From the human T2T-CHM13v2.0 reference genome, Homo sapiens, in the NCBI RefSeq assembly GCF_009914755.1, contig NC_060938.1: a stretch of 64,000 nt of DNA. One strand, given 5' to 3'. The notes beneath the pieces were generated by a model that had not been told where the DNA came from, did no database searches, and was given only the letters and a program-made list of their open reading frames with translations. This document shows positions 35,291 through 48,915 of this stretch, piece after piece; position 1 is the stretch's first letter; every line of letters begins with the position of its first letter. The translations under genes and the position numbers were made by a program.

Positions 35291-38200
35291 TCTCCTCCCT
35301 CTCTTTCCACCTGGAACAAGACAGCAATCCTTGAGGTCTTTGAGCAAACGCAAGAACCGTCCTTCTCCTGCTGCTGGTGACCTCTGCTGCTTGGGGCATC
35401 CAATTCATGTCAGTTCCCCTCCCCTGTCTTTCCAGCTGTTCAGTCGTATTCCCACTTCCCACCACCATCTCCCCGCACCGCACGCTGGCCACGTGGAAGG
35501 TTTGCGGAATGGGGCCCAGGGGCTTGTGGAAGGTCACGCAGCCCATCCAGGGCACAGTCGGAACTAAAACTGAGCCCTCTTGAAGCTTGGCTTTCAGGGG
35601 TCACAAACTCAAAGCCTTCAGGGGCCAGATAGCCAAGGGTAGAGTGTGGGGTGGCTCTGGGTTGGGCAATGGTTGGGGGAGTCTGTGGCAAAGTAAAAGG
35701 TATGTGCCCCATTGAGGGCCAGGTGTGTGCAATCCTCGCCAAGTCTAAGAGCGAGTCCAGTGTTCACGGAGGGCAGTGACCCGCCCAGGGTCACGCAGGG
35801 ATTCAGAACCACTGGGTACTCCGGGTTCACAGTGTGATCTTTCCAGGATGCCACTTACTGACTGAGGACTTGGGAGCAGTCCTGCTCAGTCCTGCACCCC
35901 AGCCACCTCAGTCCTTGCCCCTCTGGCCTGCCCTGCCCAGGGTCACCACATCCCGCAGGGCCTCCTTCCCCACAGAGTACCTCACACCTTGGGCACCACT
36001 CTCCCCTCCCCTCTACCTAAAATCACCCCTTCAGACAGCTTCTGGCCACATCGCAGCTGTCAATCAGAAAAAGAAGGCAGCCTCATTTCAAGGTATTTGG
36101 TGGCAAATACCTCCCAGAATTTGAAACAAAGGGCCTGGGGAGCCAAAATACTATTTTGAAGGACACATTCATGGTAGGGGAATTTCAGGCATCACAAGCC
36201 AGCCAGAAAGGGGTATTTGGGGACAGGAAGGCTGGGGAGAAGCCCACACAGAGGACTGCCTCTTTGGAAGGCCTCAGCGCCAGCTCTGCTCCTCTCTGAG
36301 TTCCAGGTCAGCCCCCTGGTCCCCTCCTACACAGCTTTTTGGCCTTCCATGGGGGTACCCTCACATACAACCCCACTTCAGTAGCTGTCTGTTGCCCTCT
36401 CTGGAGAGTTTTTCCTCTGTCATAGACAGGCTCTGCAGGTGTTTTCCTCCACACACCCTACTTTCATTTTAGAGTCTTTGGTGGCTCCGTGTCCTGGTCT
36501 GCAAGGATGGGGGTAGAAGTGTGCTGGGCTGTGCTTGGCCCTCTGCCAGGGTCTGGTTCCCTCCTGCAGGTACCCCAACACCGCCTGGGAGGACTGCCAT
36601 CTAGAAAGAGCTTGGGCGTTTTCCCTGACTAGGTATCATCCTTGAGCCTCAGCCCTGACTGTCCTTAGACAGTAACCTCCACTGATGCTCTGCCCTGGAA
36701 GAAGTATTTTCATCCAGGGCAATCTGCCCATAATCCTCAGCTGGGAAAGATCTAGGGACCCCCATTTTCCCGGCAAAGTCACCATAAGCAGTTGACTGTT
36801 AGCTCTGCAAGGCACAAGCTGAGCCTACTTCCTTTCTCTGTATCCACCCGTGCCTGTTACATAGTAGGTGCTCAATAAACATGTTGAATGAACAGATCAA
36901 TGAATGAATGAGTAGAAACTTGGCTCCTTGTTAATTTTCAGCAGGGAATGTATTGTGTGTCTGTAATATTCCACAATGGAAAGACAGTCTAGTGCTGTGT
37001 TAAATAGACCTTGGAGCAGGCAGCCTGGGTTTGAATCCTGGCTCTGCCACATACTAGCTTCAGGCTTTGGGCAAATTACACAACCTCTCTGTGCCTTTAT
37101 TTATTTATTTTTTTACCTGGAACGTCAGGGTTATAATAAAACATACCTTGTAGGATTGCTATGAGGAATACATGAGTTAATACAGATAAAGTGTGTACAG
37201 GACAAGCACCTGGCATGTAGGGAAGGCTCAGCAAATCTTGGTCATTGTTACCAGCAGTAGAATGACTGTATCAACAATGTTAGTGTCCTACACCATGCTA
37301 GGGACAGGGGGAAACTAAAGGATTCCACCATCTCCATTTCTGCTTTCCAAGGGCATGCAGTAGTTAGGAGACAAAACCTACAGGAGAGAGTGAGTAAGAG
37401 TGACAGAGAGCTGCCAACAGTAGTGGGAGTTTGAAATAGAAGGTTTCCAGGGGGCTGGACCAATTGAAGAAAGGTCCTATGGAGAAGTGCGATGTGGAGG
37501 AGGGGCTGGGAGGGGCCTAGGCTAAAGGAGGAGGCATGCTGGGGCCACCAGGTTACAGGATGTGGGGAGGTGCCCACCAGGGTGCAGAGGTCCACGCAGA
37601 GAGCTGCCTTGCCAGTCCAGATGGGGCACTGTACATAACAAAAGGTCACTGCTTACATCTCAGGGTTCCAGCCTTTCCAGTTCTATTGTAAGTCCTGGAA
37701 GCCATCTTGCTAGGAATGGTGTCCTTCCAATGCCATTTGCTGAGGCTGTGCAGGAAGGCAAGAGTGATGGGGAGCTCCCAGAGACCCCTCTTTGGGCCCA
37801 GAGAAGACTAGGAATCTCTGATGTTCCCAGGTGAGCTCTAGCATCTTTGGGCTGATTCTCTGGAAAATGAACTTAACCTTCTACCTTTGATCGCCAACCT
37901 GGAGACTTGCGGATCCTTTAGAAAAACTAGACATCAGTTCATGCTTGACTCATCCAAACGGACACCATGAGCTGGTGTGAGTTAGAGTTTTCTAAGAAGT
38001 GATCAGAGGAAGGAGGCAGGATCCATGGGGAGCGTGGCCTGAGGACAAACCTGCAGTTGTGGCTGCAGGTATGTGCTCACATCCCACCATTCCTAAATGC
38101 AGACTTGCAATTCCCAGAAACCACCTGGTATCTCTGCCTCTGTATAGTCCCTCCTACCTCCACTCCCACCCACAGCCCTGCTTTTCTGCCTGGCCCCCTC

Positions 38201-40645
38201 CTATTCATCCTGCATGACCCAGATGTTGCCTTTTCTGGGAAGCCTTCAGGTCCGCCCTGGTAAAGTAAGTGCTCTCCGCCAGGCTTCTGTAGCACCCTGT
38301 CCTCCCATCGGCACTTTCATGCCACTGAATCACAACCATCTGCAATTTGTTCTCTTCCTAGTGAGCTCCCTGAGATCAGGTACTGGGTCTCTTTCATCTT
38401 TGCATTCCTGGTTCTTGGCATCATGCCTGGCATAGAGTCAGCATCGATGAATGTTTTTGAAGAATGAGTGGAGGAGCTGGGCCAGTACCATGAATAGAGA
38501 GGGGAATGAGAGCAGAAGCAGAGGCCAACACCAGGAGCAACTGAGCTACTCCCAGACACCTCCCGCCCCCACCAGCAGGCTCACTGTGGCTGGTGAGCAG
38601 GCCCAAGGTTCTGCCTCATCTTTAACGTGTCTCAGATAAGTTAGGAGAAATGCCTCCTCTCTCCCTGCCCATCCTTCCTTTTCTTCCTGGCAGGAGGGGC
38701 TGCTTCCCAAGCATCCCCGAGGGCATGCTGAGAGGCAGGGCAGGAGGGAGATGAGGGGGAATCTCATGAGCAATGAGGCCAGTTGGAGGACACTGGGTAC
38801 AGACAAAAGCCACAGTATTTGGAGGACCAAATGCATGGACAGTAACAAGGACAGTCATCTTCCTAAGGAGAAAGACTGGCTAACAGATGGTCCCTGGGAC
38901 CTAAGGACTGACTTGTTACAGTGGAGGGGGACCTGGGTTGAAGTCTCCTCAAGTTTGTTGTCTTTCCAAAACTCCTTGGGTTCCTGGAGCTTAGAGTGAG
39001 GCAGTTCCTGCCTTGCCTAATCTGACACTAGGGCATGGGTCAAAGCAGAGTGTACCCACTTTCTGGATGGAAAGCATCTCACTCCAGCACATGGGCCTGA
39101 GGACCCATGATCTCTATTGGCACTGACAGATGATTCTACCCCTGCTGTGGGAGTCAGAGAGCTGTGCTGTAAAGAATGACTGGCAGATGTCCCTGAACCC
39201 CTTCCTCCATGGACGCAGAGTGGTTAGTTAAGAATGACACCATCAACTGCCATCTGACGGGCCAACGACAGAGGCTAGTGCATGAGATGGCCCTGAACCC
39301 TAGTGTCACAATCTTTTCCACCCCAATCCTCCTAACAATCACCCCGTTTTCACCTTCAGGGCCATCTTGGGCCCCCTCCCTAGCATTCCTCTACTCATGC
39401 TCCATGTCTGTGAAGTGCCTCTGATATCTTTCCCCTCTTTACCATCCCACAGCCACTATCCCCACCCGGATCCCGGTTACATCTCACTGAGATATAGTAC
39501 ATGCCTCTTACCAGGTCCCTCAACCTCCAGTTTCTCCCACTTCCAGTCTATCCTCCAAGGCTGCGCTTTCTGAAATCTACCTCTGATCATGCTGCTCTCT
39601 TGCTCAGAACTTTCAGTGGTTCCCTATTGCCTGTCAAATGCCCTCCAGGTCCCTTAGCTTGGCATTCAGAGCCCTCTCTGCTTGGGTCCCTACTCTCAGC
39701 CTTAACCTCCTCTGCCTCTTTGTGATATCCCTTATACCCCAAGGCCCAGGCCTGTTCTCTGTCCCTGGAAAGCCCTCCCTGTCCCTCTTTGCCTGCTGAA
39801 ATCTCATCCATCTTTCCAGGCCCCGTATCATGGAAAGGCCCCAGACCTAGCAGCAGAATGTGCTCTCTCCCTCCTCTGAGCACTCCCAGAAACCTCTGCC
39901 AGAATGGGAACTCCTCGAAGAGAGAGTGGTCTCATCTGTTTTCTAGCCCCACAATGTGCAAAGTGCAGTCCTGGGTCCAGCATGGGAATAAGAGATGTGG
40001 AGTAAGCATGTGAGCGCTAAATCTGCATCATTCAGGCAATATTCATTGAGCACCTACTGTGTGCCTAGCCCCTGCTACGCATCAAGGATATGACAGTGAC
40101 CAAGGCAAGTGTGGTGCCTGCCCCATGGAGTGTAGGCAGCCCATGTTCTAGAATGTGCTGAGGATTCACCACAGCTCCATTCACCCAGCTCCTTCAGCAA
40201 AGCTGTTCGCCTGTTGGTGTGTGTTCAGGGAACATACACCACCATGACACTCGGCTAGGCTGAGGGTTCTGCAACAGCTCTTTGCAGTTGTATCCTTCCT
40301 CAGTCCAGGCCTTGTGTCTTTAGGATGAATCAGAGGCCTTGCTCATTCGTCTGCTCAGGGCCCACTGCCTGAAAGGCTCAACACCCTCCCAACTGTCCCC
40401 AGGGCTGGGAAGCCTGAGACCTCCAGATGTTGCAGGGCCTGAGAGGGCAGGGGGCCTGACTGATCCCTAGGATAAGCTGGCTCTGTCTGTGGAGGAGCAG
40501 CAGAGGGACTCTCTTCACTCTTTTCCTCACCTGTCTTCTGATATGGGGAGGAGAGGGAGAGGAGGAGAAAGAATGGAAGGAGAAGGAGGAAAAGGGAAGT
40601 TCCTAGGTAAGATATTCCATCTCTGGTCCCTGTGGGTCCATGGAC

Positions 40646-40699
40646 CCCAGCACTGAAGCCTCTGGTTACCAACCCAGCACTGAAGCCTCTGGTTACCAA
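40646..40699. repeat. Perfect 27-bp tandem duplication
   Basis: CCCAGCACTGAAGCCTCTGGTTACCAA x2. Confidence 0.95.
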
Positions 40700-41057
40700 C
40701 CAGAGGTGACACCTATTTAGCACCACACAGCCCAGCCCTGACAAATCACAATGGACTCTGACTGAGGGCTGCAGCAGGGCTGGGGGGCCCCATGCATGTG
40801 CCAGGCATGATCACTTTAGTTGCTGGATTGTGGAGTGAATCCAGGGTCCCCAGGGAGGAGCAGGGGCAGAAGGGGTAGGATACTCAGAGAATCTGAGCCA
40901 TGGTTGTTTACCAACTTTCTTAGTTGTAAGAATTTCTTAGTATTTTCAATACTTATTTTAAATATTTGAATAGCTAGTATGGCTGCATCAGTACAGTCCA
41001 GCCCTGCTACCAACAGTGCCCATACAATCATATCAAATCCAATTTAAAACCATATAT

Positions 41058-41063
41058 TTTATT
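41058..41063 (-). terminator. ZDHHC22: ZDHHC22 distal polyadenylation signal AATAAA
   Basis: TTTATT on + strand, with a GU/U-rich sequence downstream on the - strand. A second AATAAA lies at 41438-41443. Confidence 0.75.
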
Positions 41064-42562
41064 GATGTTCTTCAAGGACAATACAGGGCCATGTGTACAA
41101 ATGCTACTCAAGTCTCACATCTGGCAACCTCCCCACCGTCATCCCCCATTGACCAGTCTGCAAGCAGCCAACATCCTGTAGGTCTCCCTGTTGCCCTTCC
41201 CCAGGATGTCAGGCCTCACCGTGCTGAGCCTTCAGGAGGCTGGAAATAGCAGGGCTGGCTTCTAAGCTTGAGCTCTGGAGCCAGGAAAGAGTCAAGGCCA
41301 AAATTGCCCAGATCTTCCCCTCCTCCCTCTCCCTCCCATTGCTTAAGTATGGCCAGAATTGTGGGTGAAAATGCCCCCAGCGACTCCTCCATTGAGGCAG
41401 CCTAGGCTTCCCCTCTTCAGCCATCTCTATCACATTCTTTATTTCCAAATGACCTGCCCCACCAACCACCAAGATGGCAGAGTGACCATTTTGCAGGGAG
41501 TGTGAATCAGTGCACAGACGGCAGTGACAAGGTGCCCCTGATGGCATGAATCTTGTCATCCTGTTCATCACTGCATTGCCAGTGCCTGGAAGAGGCTGGG
41601 AACGTAGTTGGCACTCAATAAATATACGTAGGATGGATGAGTGAAGGAATGAGTATGGAAGGGAGAAATGTGAGCAGGTGGAGCCAATACTACATTAGCT
41701 CTCTAGGGGGTGTGAAGGCAGAACCACAGTAAAGTCCTCCCAATCTCTGCTCAAGAACCCAGGCTGTTGCGCAGCTATCAGCGGGTCACTGCAGTTGGCA
41801 GTTGGACATTGCAGGGCATGGATTCAGCACTGCTGCCTGCATGGATGTCATATTGGCTTTGGGACCCAGTCAGGAGGGGGCACTTGTGTTGTCCCTACTC
41901 CCTTATATGCCCCAGGGGTCTGGTCCTCTAGGTTTCAGAAAACACACAGCAGTGCCTCCACCGGAGTCAGTCAGATGCGCAGGGATGGTCTGGGAATTGC
42001 ACCCTTATATTCTGGTCATCTCCACTCCTCAGCCTTAGCTCACCACTGCCCCCCATGCCCTGCCACTGACAATGACACTGCTCCATCTCCCTGTCCTCAA
42101 ATGTCAGTCCCCTCAACCACCCAGGTAGCCCTGTCTCTGCAGAGACTCTCTCTTCAGTGGCTGGGTTGGGTCCTGATTTTCAGACCCCTCCCATGCCCAC
42201 ACTCCCCTCTAGGAAAGCAAATATCTCACAGGCATCTCTGCAGATCTTGCCTCTGGGTCCAGCAATCACAACCAGGACATCAGAACCTTGGGGTTGGAAG
42301 GAATGTGTAAGCTCACCTAGAATGACCCTGTACAGAAATCCCTTCCACAGCATGCCTGGCAGACGACTGCCTAGACTCTGCTGGAATACCTCCAGTGATG
42401 GGGCACTCACTACCTTCACAGGCAGCCATTCAAACATTGAAGAGTTTCAGCTGCTGGAATGCCCTTTGTATAGGGCATAAATGAACCCAATTGTCCCTCT
42501 CACTTCTCCCTTTCCCCTAGGCATTATTCCTATATGTTTCTAACAACACTTCTCACCACCAC

Positions 42563-42565
<3 letters not shown>

Positions 42566-42634
<69 letters not shown>
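42566..42634. repeat. (CT)n(CA)n compound microsatellite in the ZDHHC22 3' UTR
   Basis: About 13 CT units then about 21 CA units. Confidence 0.97.
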
Positions 42635-42637
<3 letters not shown>

Positions 42638-43472
42638 CCATATGGTTATACAGTCGAATATCCCCTTCATTTATCAGTAATTATCTTTCCCTGTCCCTTC
42701 TTCCTTGCCTTCCCATCATCTGGCAAAGACCTGGGGGCTGGAGATCAAGTAGAAAGGCTGGAAGAGTTCCAGGGACAGGAAGCATCCAGCCAGGTCCTGG
42801 ACTGGGCTGGGCCGGCCAGATGGGGCAGGGCGGACAGGGAATAACATTTGGAAAAAGCAGGCCATTGATTGCTGTCTCCCAGAAAAAGGGTCTTGAACCT
42901 GGTGGGGGGTGGTGAGGGAGCAGCAAGCTACTAAGTTCTTTTTCCTACAGAGGGGATGCGGACACACACCCACTCTTTCCCAACTCCCCTAGCAGTTGGC
43001 AGAGCTGACTTGGCTGCCTCTTACACGTGGTGATTTTAAACATTTGCCAGCCTCTAGGTCCCAGGGAGTCTCATACCAGCAGCAAGAATCCACTCCCCTC
43101 TCCCAACATGGGGGCTGAGAGGAAGGGCTCTAGCAGACAGCAGTGATGAATGAGACACGGTGGAGAATGGATGAGCCAGGAAGAGGGGGAAAGCAGGGAT
43201 CCCAAGGGGACGGAAAGAAAGCAGAGGCAGCCTAACAGCTAGCAGCCACCTGGCTGGCTCGTGAGGAGCCTAGAAATGCCTGGGGGGACATTTTTCCTCC
43301 TTGTCATGATCCACCAGCTCACGCTGTTCTCATGGGTGGAAGGTGAGGGGAAGATGCTAGGACCTTACCAGCACAAGGTTGTAGTGAGTCATGGGTGGAG
43401 ACAAGGCTGCCATGGTTTTATGCTCAGGAGGAGTCAAGACAGAGACAGAGAGATAAATGACGGGAGTGTCTA

Positions 43473-43738
43473 CTACTTATCCTGCTGCTTGGAGCTCTCA
43501 CTTCCGACATTGAACATGGGGACCAGCAGGCCCAGCAGCCACCTCTTTCCGAAGACCTCTTGTAAGTTCTTGCGCCAGGGCCGGGCCCTCACTGCCACCC
43601 CCTTCCGCACCTGGTGGCGGGTCTGCCCGCGGAGGATCAACAGCAGCTGGTGGCAGCAGAAGCCGGCGCAGGCCAGGCCGATGGCGAACCAGAGGTAGAG
43701 CATGAGGATGACGAACATTTCAGAACCCAGGACAGCTC
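43473..43738 (-). CDS. ZDHHC22: Palmitoyltransferase ZDHHC22, last coding exon (GAVLGSEMFVILMLYLWFAIGLACAGFCCHQ...SSKQQDK*)
   Basis: Acceptor ccctgcag|GAGCTG, phase 1, matching the upstream exon. Hydrophobic TM4 followed by a typical DHHC C-terminal segment (NLQEVFG...WLL..LVP). 266 nt. Confidence 0.95.
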
Positions 43739-46552
43739 CTGCAGGGCACGGGGAGGGGAAACACCAGAGCCGCTTTACACCCAGGCCACCGGCATAACTG
43801 CGATCTAGGCAGGCTTTCCACCGGGAGGGAGGGAGATTAATGAGATTGACGCTACATTTTGTAGCAACCTCAGCGCTGCAGCTGCAGTGAGGGAGAGGAA
43901 GGAAGAACCAGCTGCCCTAACTTTTTCTTGGCGCGGATGGCACCTGAGGCAAGAGGGGAAGACTGGAGACATGGCAGAGAAGAGAGCTAAGTTTGATGAG
44001 CTTAGCAAGGACAGCCCTCAGCTCCTGGGGCAGCACCTGGCCGCTGATAACATTTCTGTAGAGTAGGAGATGCCTGTCTCTCTCTGCTTTCTCCTTTTGG
44101 GCTAGAAGCAGGGTGAAGGGGTTTTGCTCAGGAGGAGAGAGGGGTGAGCTGGGGACCCTAAAGAGGGAGCAGGTGCCTGGGCAGCTGTCTAGACCACAGC
44201 ACCTTCTCCCTACTGTTCTGGGAACGCTGGTTGAGAGGACTCAGGAAAATGACAGCATGATGGAGATCTGGGAAGAATAAGTCACGAGCTTAGTCTGAAG
44301 AGCAGCCCAGAACACCAACGTAGAGAATAATTCAGTCATTAATGTTAACAAGAGGACAGTGTGGCCACCACCGCATTCCACCAAAGCTGGTTCTGTCAAT
44401 CAAAGCTTGCTAGAAGAGGCCCCCAAGGTCATCAGCCCTGTGTCGTGGGGCAGGATCTCCCCAGAATCCCTCTAAACCAAGCACTTCCTATTACTGGTTT
44501 GAAATAACCACTGAGTAAGAGCTCCCACACTCTTCCTCAGAGTTTGGGTGGCTGGTCCATGCTAGGTTTGAATCTCCCAGCTGTGTGGACTGGCACAAGT
44601 GTCCCAACCTCTCAGTTGCAGCTCGTTCATCTGTACAATGGGTATAATAACACTAACGATTTCATACAGCTGCATGTTTCAAGAAAATGATGTACAGAGT
44701 GGTCAGCATTCCGGTTCACACTCAGAGCGGTGCTCCCAGCAGAGGGTCATTTTACAGAGCAGGAGACTACATCCAAAATGAGTTCAACTCCTGAAACTAT
44801 CAAGCTTTTTCCTTCTCCTTTTCAGGGCTTAGAGTCCTGGCTGGGCTGCAACTTTGGCAGCTGTGGCAAAGACACTTACCTTGACCTACCCAGCAGCCAG
44901 GGCACTGGACCCTGGAGTTAATTCGAAAGTATTCCTTAGCCTTTGGTTCCCTGTAGGGCAACCCTATCACCTCCTCTGGTGGGGGGGGGCACCTCCTCTA
45001 AGGACTCCACCTTACAACCTATTCTGCCCTTGAAAATCTCAACCATATTTTGCCCTTTCCCTAGCCTTCTCTTGCCCCAGCCCACCTCTTCCCAAGTCTC
45101 TCCAACCTCCAATTTCCAAAGCCCTGTCAACTGGGCTTTCAACACTTGTCCAGTATGAGCAGTGGTGGACTCAGCAGCCATGGAGGATGTGGATCTGATT
45201 TAGATTCTCTCATTAGCAGCCTCCTCTTGTCCTCATCCCTAGGAGCTTGGATAGCTGTATTATTATTTTTTTTTTTTACAAAGCTGGGGACAGATAGGCC
45301 CAGCTGCCATTTACAGCAGCCCCTCCACTGGCACAGGGGCAGCAGTGGGACAGGGCTCACATTGGGCTGTGCCATCCCCTGACCCACTTCTTCCATGTCG
45401 GCACAGATTAGCTTGGGCAGCCATGTGGGGGATGGAGGATCCCAGGTCCATGGTGCTCTTTGGCGTGAGGAATGCTGACAGGCAAAGGTGGCCCTCAAGC
45501 TGGGATGTGAGAACATCAGAGCTGTCAAGCTTGGGCCTGCCTTGCAACACTGCCCCAGGAACAAGCCTGGGTGGATGGAAGCCATTTCCCACAGGGTTTT
45601 TTCCTGGCACTAAATCAAGGCATGAGAAAAAGAACTTGCGGCCTTTTCTTGGCCCCATGCAGCAGCTACAAAAGGCTATTCTGGGGACCTGCTTTCTCTA
45701 AAAGTGTTTGAAGTTACCTAGCCTGGCTGCTTCAGCTCCTCTTAACTATTTAATAATAGTTCTGCCTCTTTTTAAAAATCACAGAATTTTCCTAATGAGC
45801 CTAAAAGGACACATCAGTCAATCTCCCCTGCCCCTTCCTCCCAACAGGCATCTATAACACCTTTGACAAATAATCACCCAGCATACTTTTTAATACATCC
45901 AAGGACAAGTAGCTGCCTCCCTTCCAAAGTGGCTCATTCGAGAAGCAGCTTCAGAGAGGCAGCCCCCAAGAGGCAGTATGGTGGGTGGAAAGAGTATGAG
46001 CTTTGGAGGCTAGAAGCCCCAACTCCAAATCTTGGTTTGGAATCGTACCAGCTGTGTGGTGTTGGTGCAACTTAACCTTGCTGAGTCTTTGGTTTCTGAG
46101 CCTTAAAAATGGACATGATAATATGGACTTGTCAAGAGGAATGGGTGAAATGTGACATGCATAGTGGGTGGTACATAATAGGTGCTCAATGAACATTAGT
46201 CCCCTTTCCCTCTTACTGGACTTTCTGGTAGCACCCATCATGCTGGTGTACTTACCCAAATGCCAAGATACAGGTCAGATGGTGGCATCTCCATTTCCCA
46301 GATAAGAATAAGGTTCAGAGAGGTGACACAGCAACCTGTACTGGTCCCACAAAGCCAAAAGAAAGGGTAACTTCTGAAACCTAACTAGCTAGCCGCCTCC
46401 CTCTCTGGATCAGCTGAGGGCCTGTGGTTGGCCGCCACCTTCACACTAGAAGACCCCTCCCACTTTTAGCTCTCAAGGCCCAAACTCACAGCCATCCATG
46501 CTCTGGTGACAGATCTGACTCAGATCTGTACCACAGTTGGGGACAGCTCAAT

Positions 46553-46796
<244 letters not shown>

Positions 46797-48064
46797 ATTT
46801 CTATTAAACAACCCATGCTTCTTACTCTTTTCTGTCCACCTGTCCTCCTGTGCAGATGAGAGAGGGTGCTACCAACTGTTCGGATTGAGGGTTGGGGAAC
46901 AAGAGGAATGGGAAAGGGAAAGCCAAACAGGTGGGGTGTATGTCATGGGAGGGAAAGAAAGGAAGGTCCTCAAGAGGAAAGATGAAAGGTCACAAAGGAT
47001 GAGATAGGAGAGTTGGAGGTAAGAAGTCTTGCTCGCCTGTTTCCAGTGGATATGGTGAGGAAGTGAAAGACACTGGAACTCATGCTGGCACAGGAGTCTG
47101 GGCCCCAAGGTGGGCACTCACTGGCTCTGTTCTCCCATCAGATCAAACCTAGCACATATGGACAGGCCTCAAGCCCAGATTTATCTCAAATCAAACCATT
47201 TCAAGGTCTTCCTTCTGGAACCATCCATTTTTACGGTTGGCGAAACTACTTGGAAAAGAAAGTATAAGCAGGCTTGTTGGCTCTCTTCATCCCTCCACCT
47301 GCCTGTGCTCACACTCCACCCACTAGCCCACCCACCCACCCTCCCCCGTCCTGGTTATTTTGGTCCCGGCAGCCTCCTGTGCCAGTGCTGGGATCCAGAA
47401 GGCCTGAAAGCTGTGAGTTCTGGACCCAGCTCAGCCACCAGCCCTGAAGGCAGCCCCCGTAGCTGGGTCCCCCCTGTATCTCTGTGTTCCCACTGCCAAA
47501 TGGCATGATAGTTCTATGCCTGGGAAGAACTGGGCTGTAGCCACCACAAAGACTGAAATGATGGCTTCCCCCAGAGTAGAGCAGAATTTTTATGAATGTT
47601 CAGCCCAGGCACCTCAAAACAATCTTGGGCTTTCAGAGGAAGTAGCTGCCCTCTGCCTTTCTTTGCTCCTAGAAGGCCAACAGGTGAGGAAGCATGTTCT
47701 ATTCCCTGAGCCACTGCAGAAGAGCTGTGGATTAAGGACCTGAGAGGCAGACCAGAGACTGCCACTCAGTAGCAGGAAGACACTGGGCAAGCCACTTAGT
47801 CCCATCTGAGTCTCGGTTTCATCATCTGAGAAATGGAGATAGCAATGCTATACATGCACACTCAAGCACGTAGACACTACTGATTGTGGAAGCTAAGCCA
47901 TTCAGAGTCAAAGGCCAGGGTAGGGAGGAAGTGGAAGGAAACGCAGTAGGAGCCAGTCTCAAGGCCAAATAAAGTGGTAAGAACTGCCACCAGGAGCTGA
48001 GTCCTTCTAGGGCCAGGTATCAGGTAGTGGTCCTTGGTGCATACTAGTTAAAGTGCAGTCCTCA

Positions 48065-48368
48065 GCCAGGCGCAGTGGCTCACATCTGTAAATCCCAGCA
48101 CTTTGGGAGGCCAAGGTGGGCGGATCACTTTAGGTCAAGAGTTCAAGGCCCGCCTGGCCAACACAGTAAAACACCATCTCTACTAAAAATACAAAAATTA
48201 GTGTGGCGTGGTGGCACGCACCTGTAATCCCAGCTACTCGGGAGGTTGAGGCAAGAGAATCACTTGAACCTGGGAGGTAGAGGTTACAGTAAGCAGAGAT
48301 TGCTTTCACCACTGCGCTTCAGCCTGTGTGATGGAGTGAGACTCTGTCTTAAAAAAAAAAACAAAAAA
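48065..48368 (+). mobile_element. AluS
   Basis: Alu consensus with A tail. Confidence 0.95.
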
Positions 48369-48737
48369 CCTGCCTCTCCCACCCAAGTTCCCTCTGCTCT
48401 GAGCCATCAGCAGGCTGGAGAACAGGCTGGTGAGGTCAAACGTAATAGGCAGGAGGACAGAGCTTAGCCTCCTGCTGGGCTGGGCTGGCAACAAGTTCAA
48501 TATTACTGCAATTGGTTGGTGAGACCTCTGGAGAGCAGAGTCCTTGGGTGACATGTAAGCAGAACTGGGGACCAGGCAGAGGAATGTCATAGCATGGTTG
48601 TACCTCATGGGGCTACATGGAGGAATGGCCAGCACCTAGTCCTGCCTGGCACAGAGCAGGTGTATTACCTGGATGCCACAACTCTGTGAGCATATGGACA
48701 GCATGATGGATGAGAATGATGGGGGCAAGGGGGGATG

Positions 48738-48915
48738 TTACCAATAAAATACAGCATGTCCGCTTAATTTGCATTTCAGATAGCCAATAGCAAATTTTCT
48801 CAGTGTATCTCATACAATATCTGGGACATAATTATACTAAAAAATTATGAGTTGTTTATCTGAAATTTTAATTTAGCGGGACGGTCTGTATTTTTATTTG
48901 CTAAATCTGGCAACT
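48738..48915. mobile_element. MER53-like palindromic hAT MITE
   Basis: Long inverted arms: aataaaatacag..gtccgcttaatttgcatttcagata and tatctgaaattttaatttagcgggac..ctgtatttttatttgctaaatctggcaac. Confidence 0.75.

Larger units (their letters stand above)
41035..43472 (-). other. ZDHHC22: ZDHHC22 3' UTR (~2.4 kb)
   Basis: Lies between the stop codon (43473-43475) and the distal AATAAA. Confidence 0.7.

Noticed and set aside
40646-40706. Short direct repeats as a CRISPR-like array
   Set aside because: Only two adjacent copies with no spacers, in a eukaryotic context.
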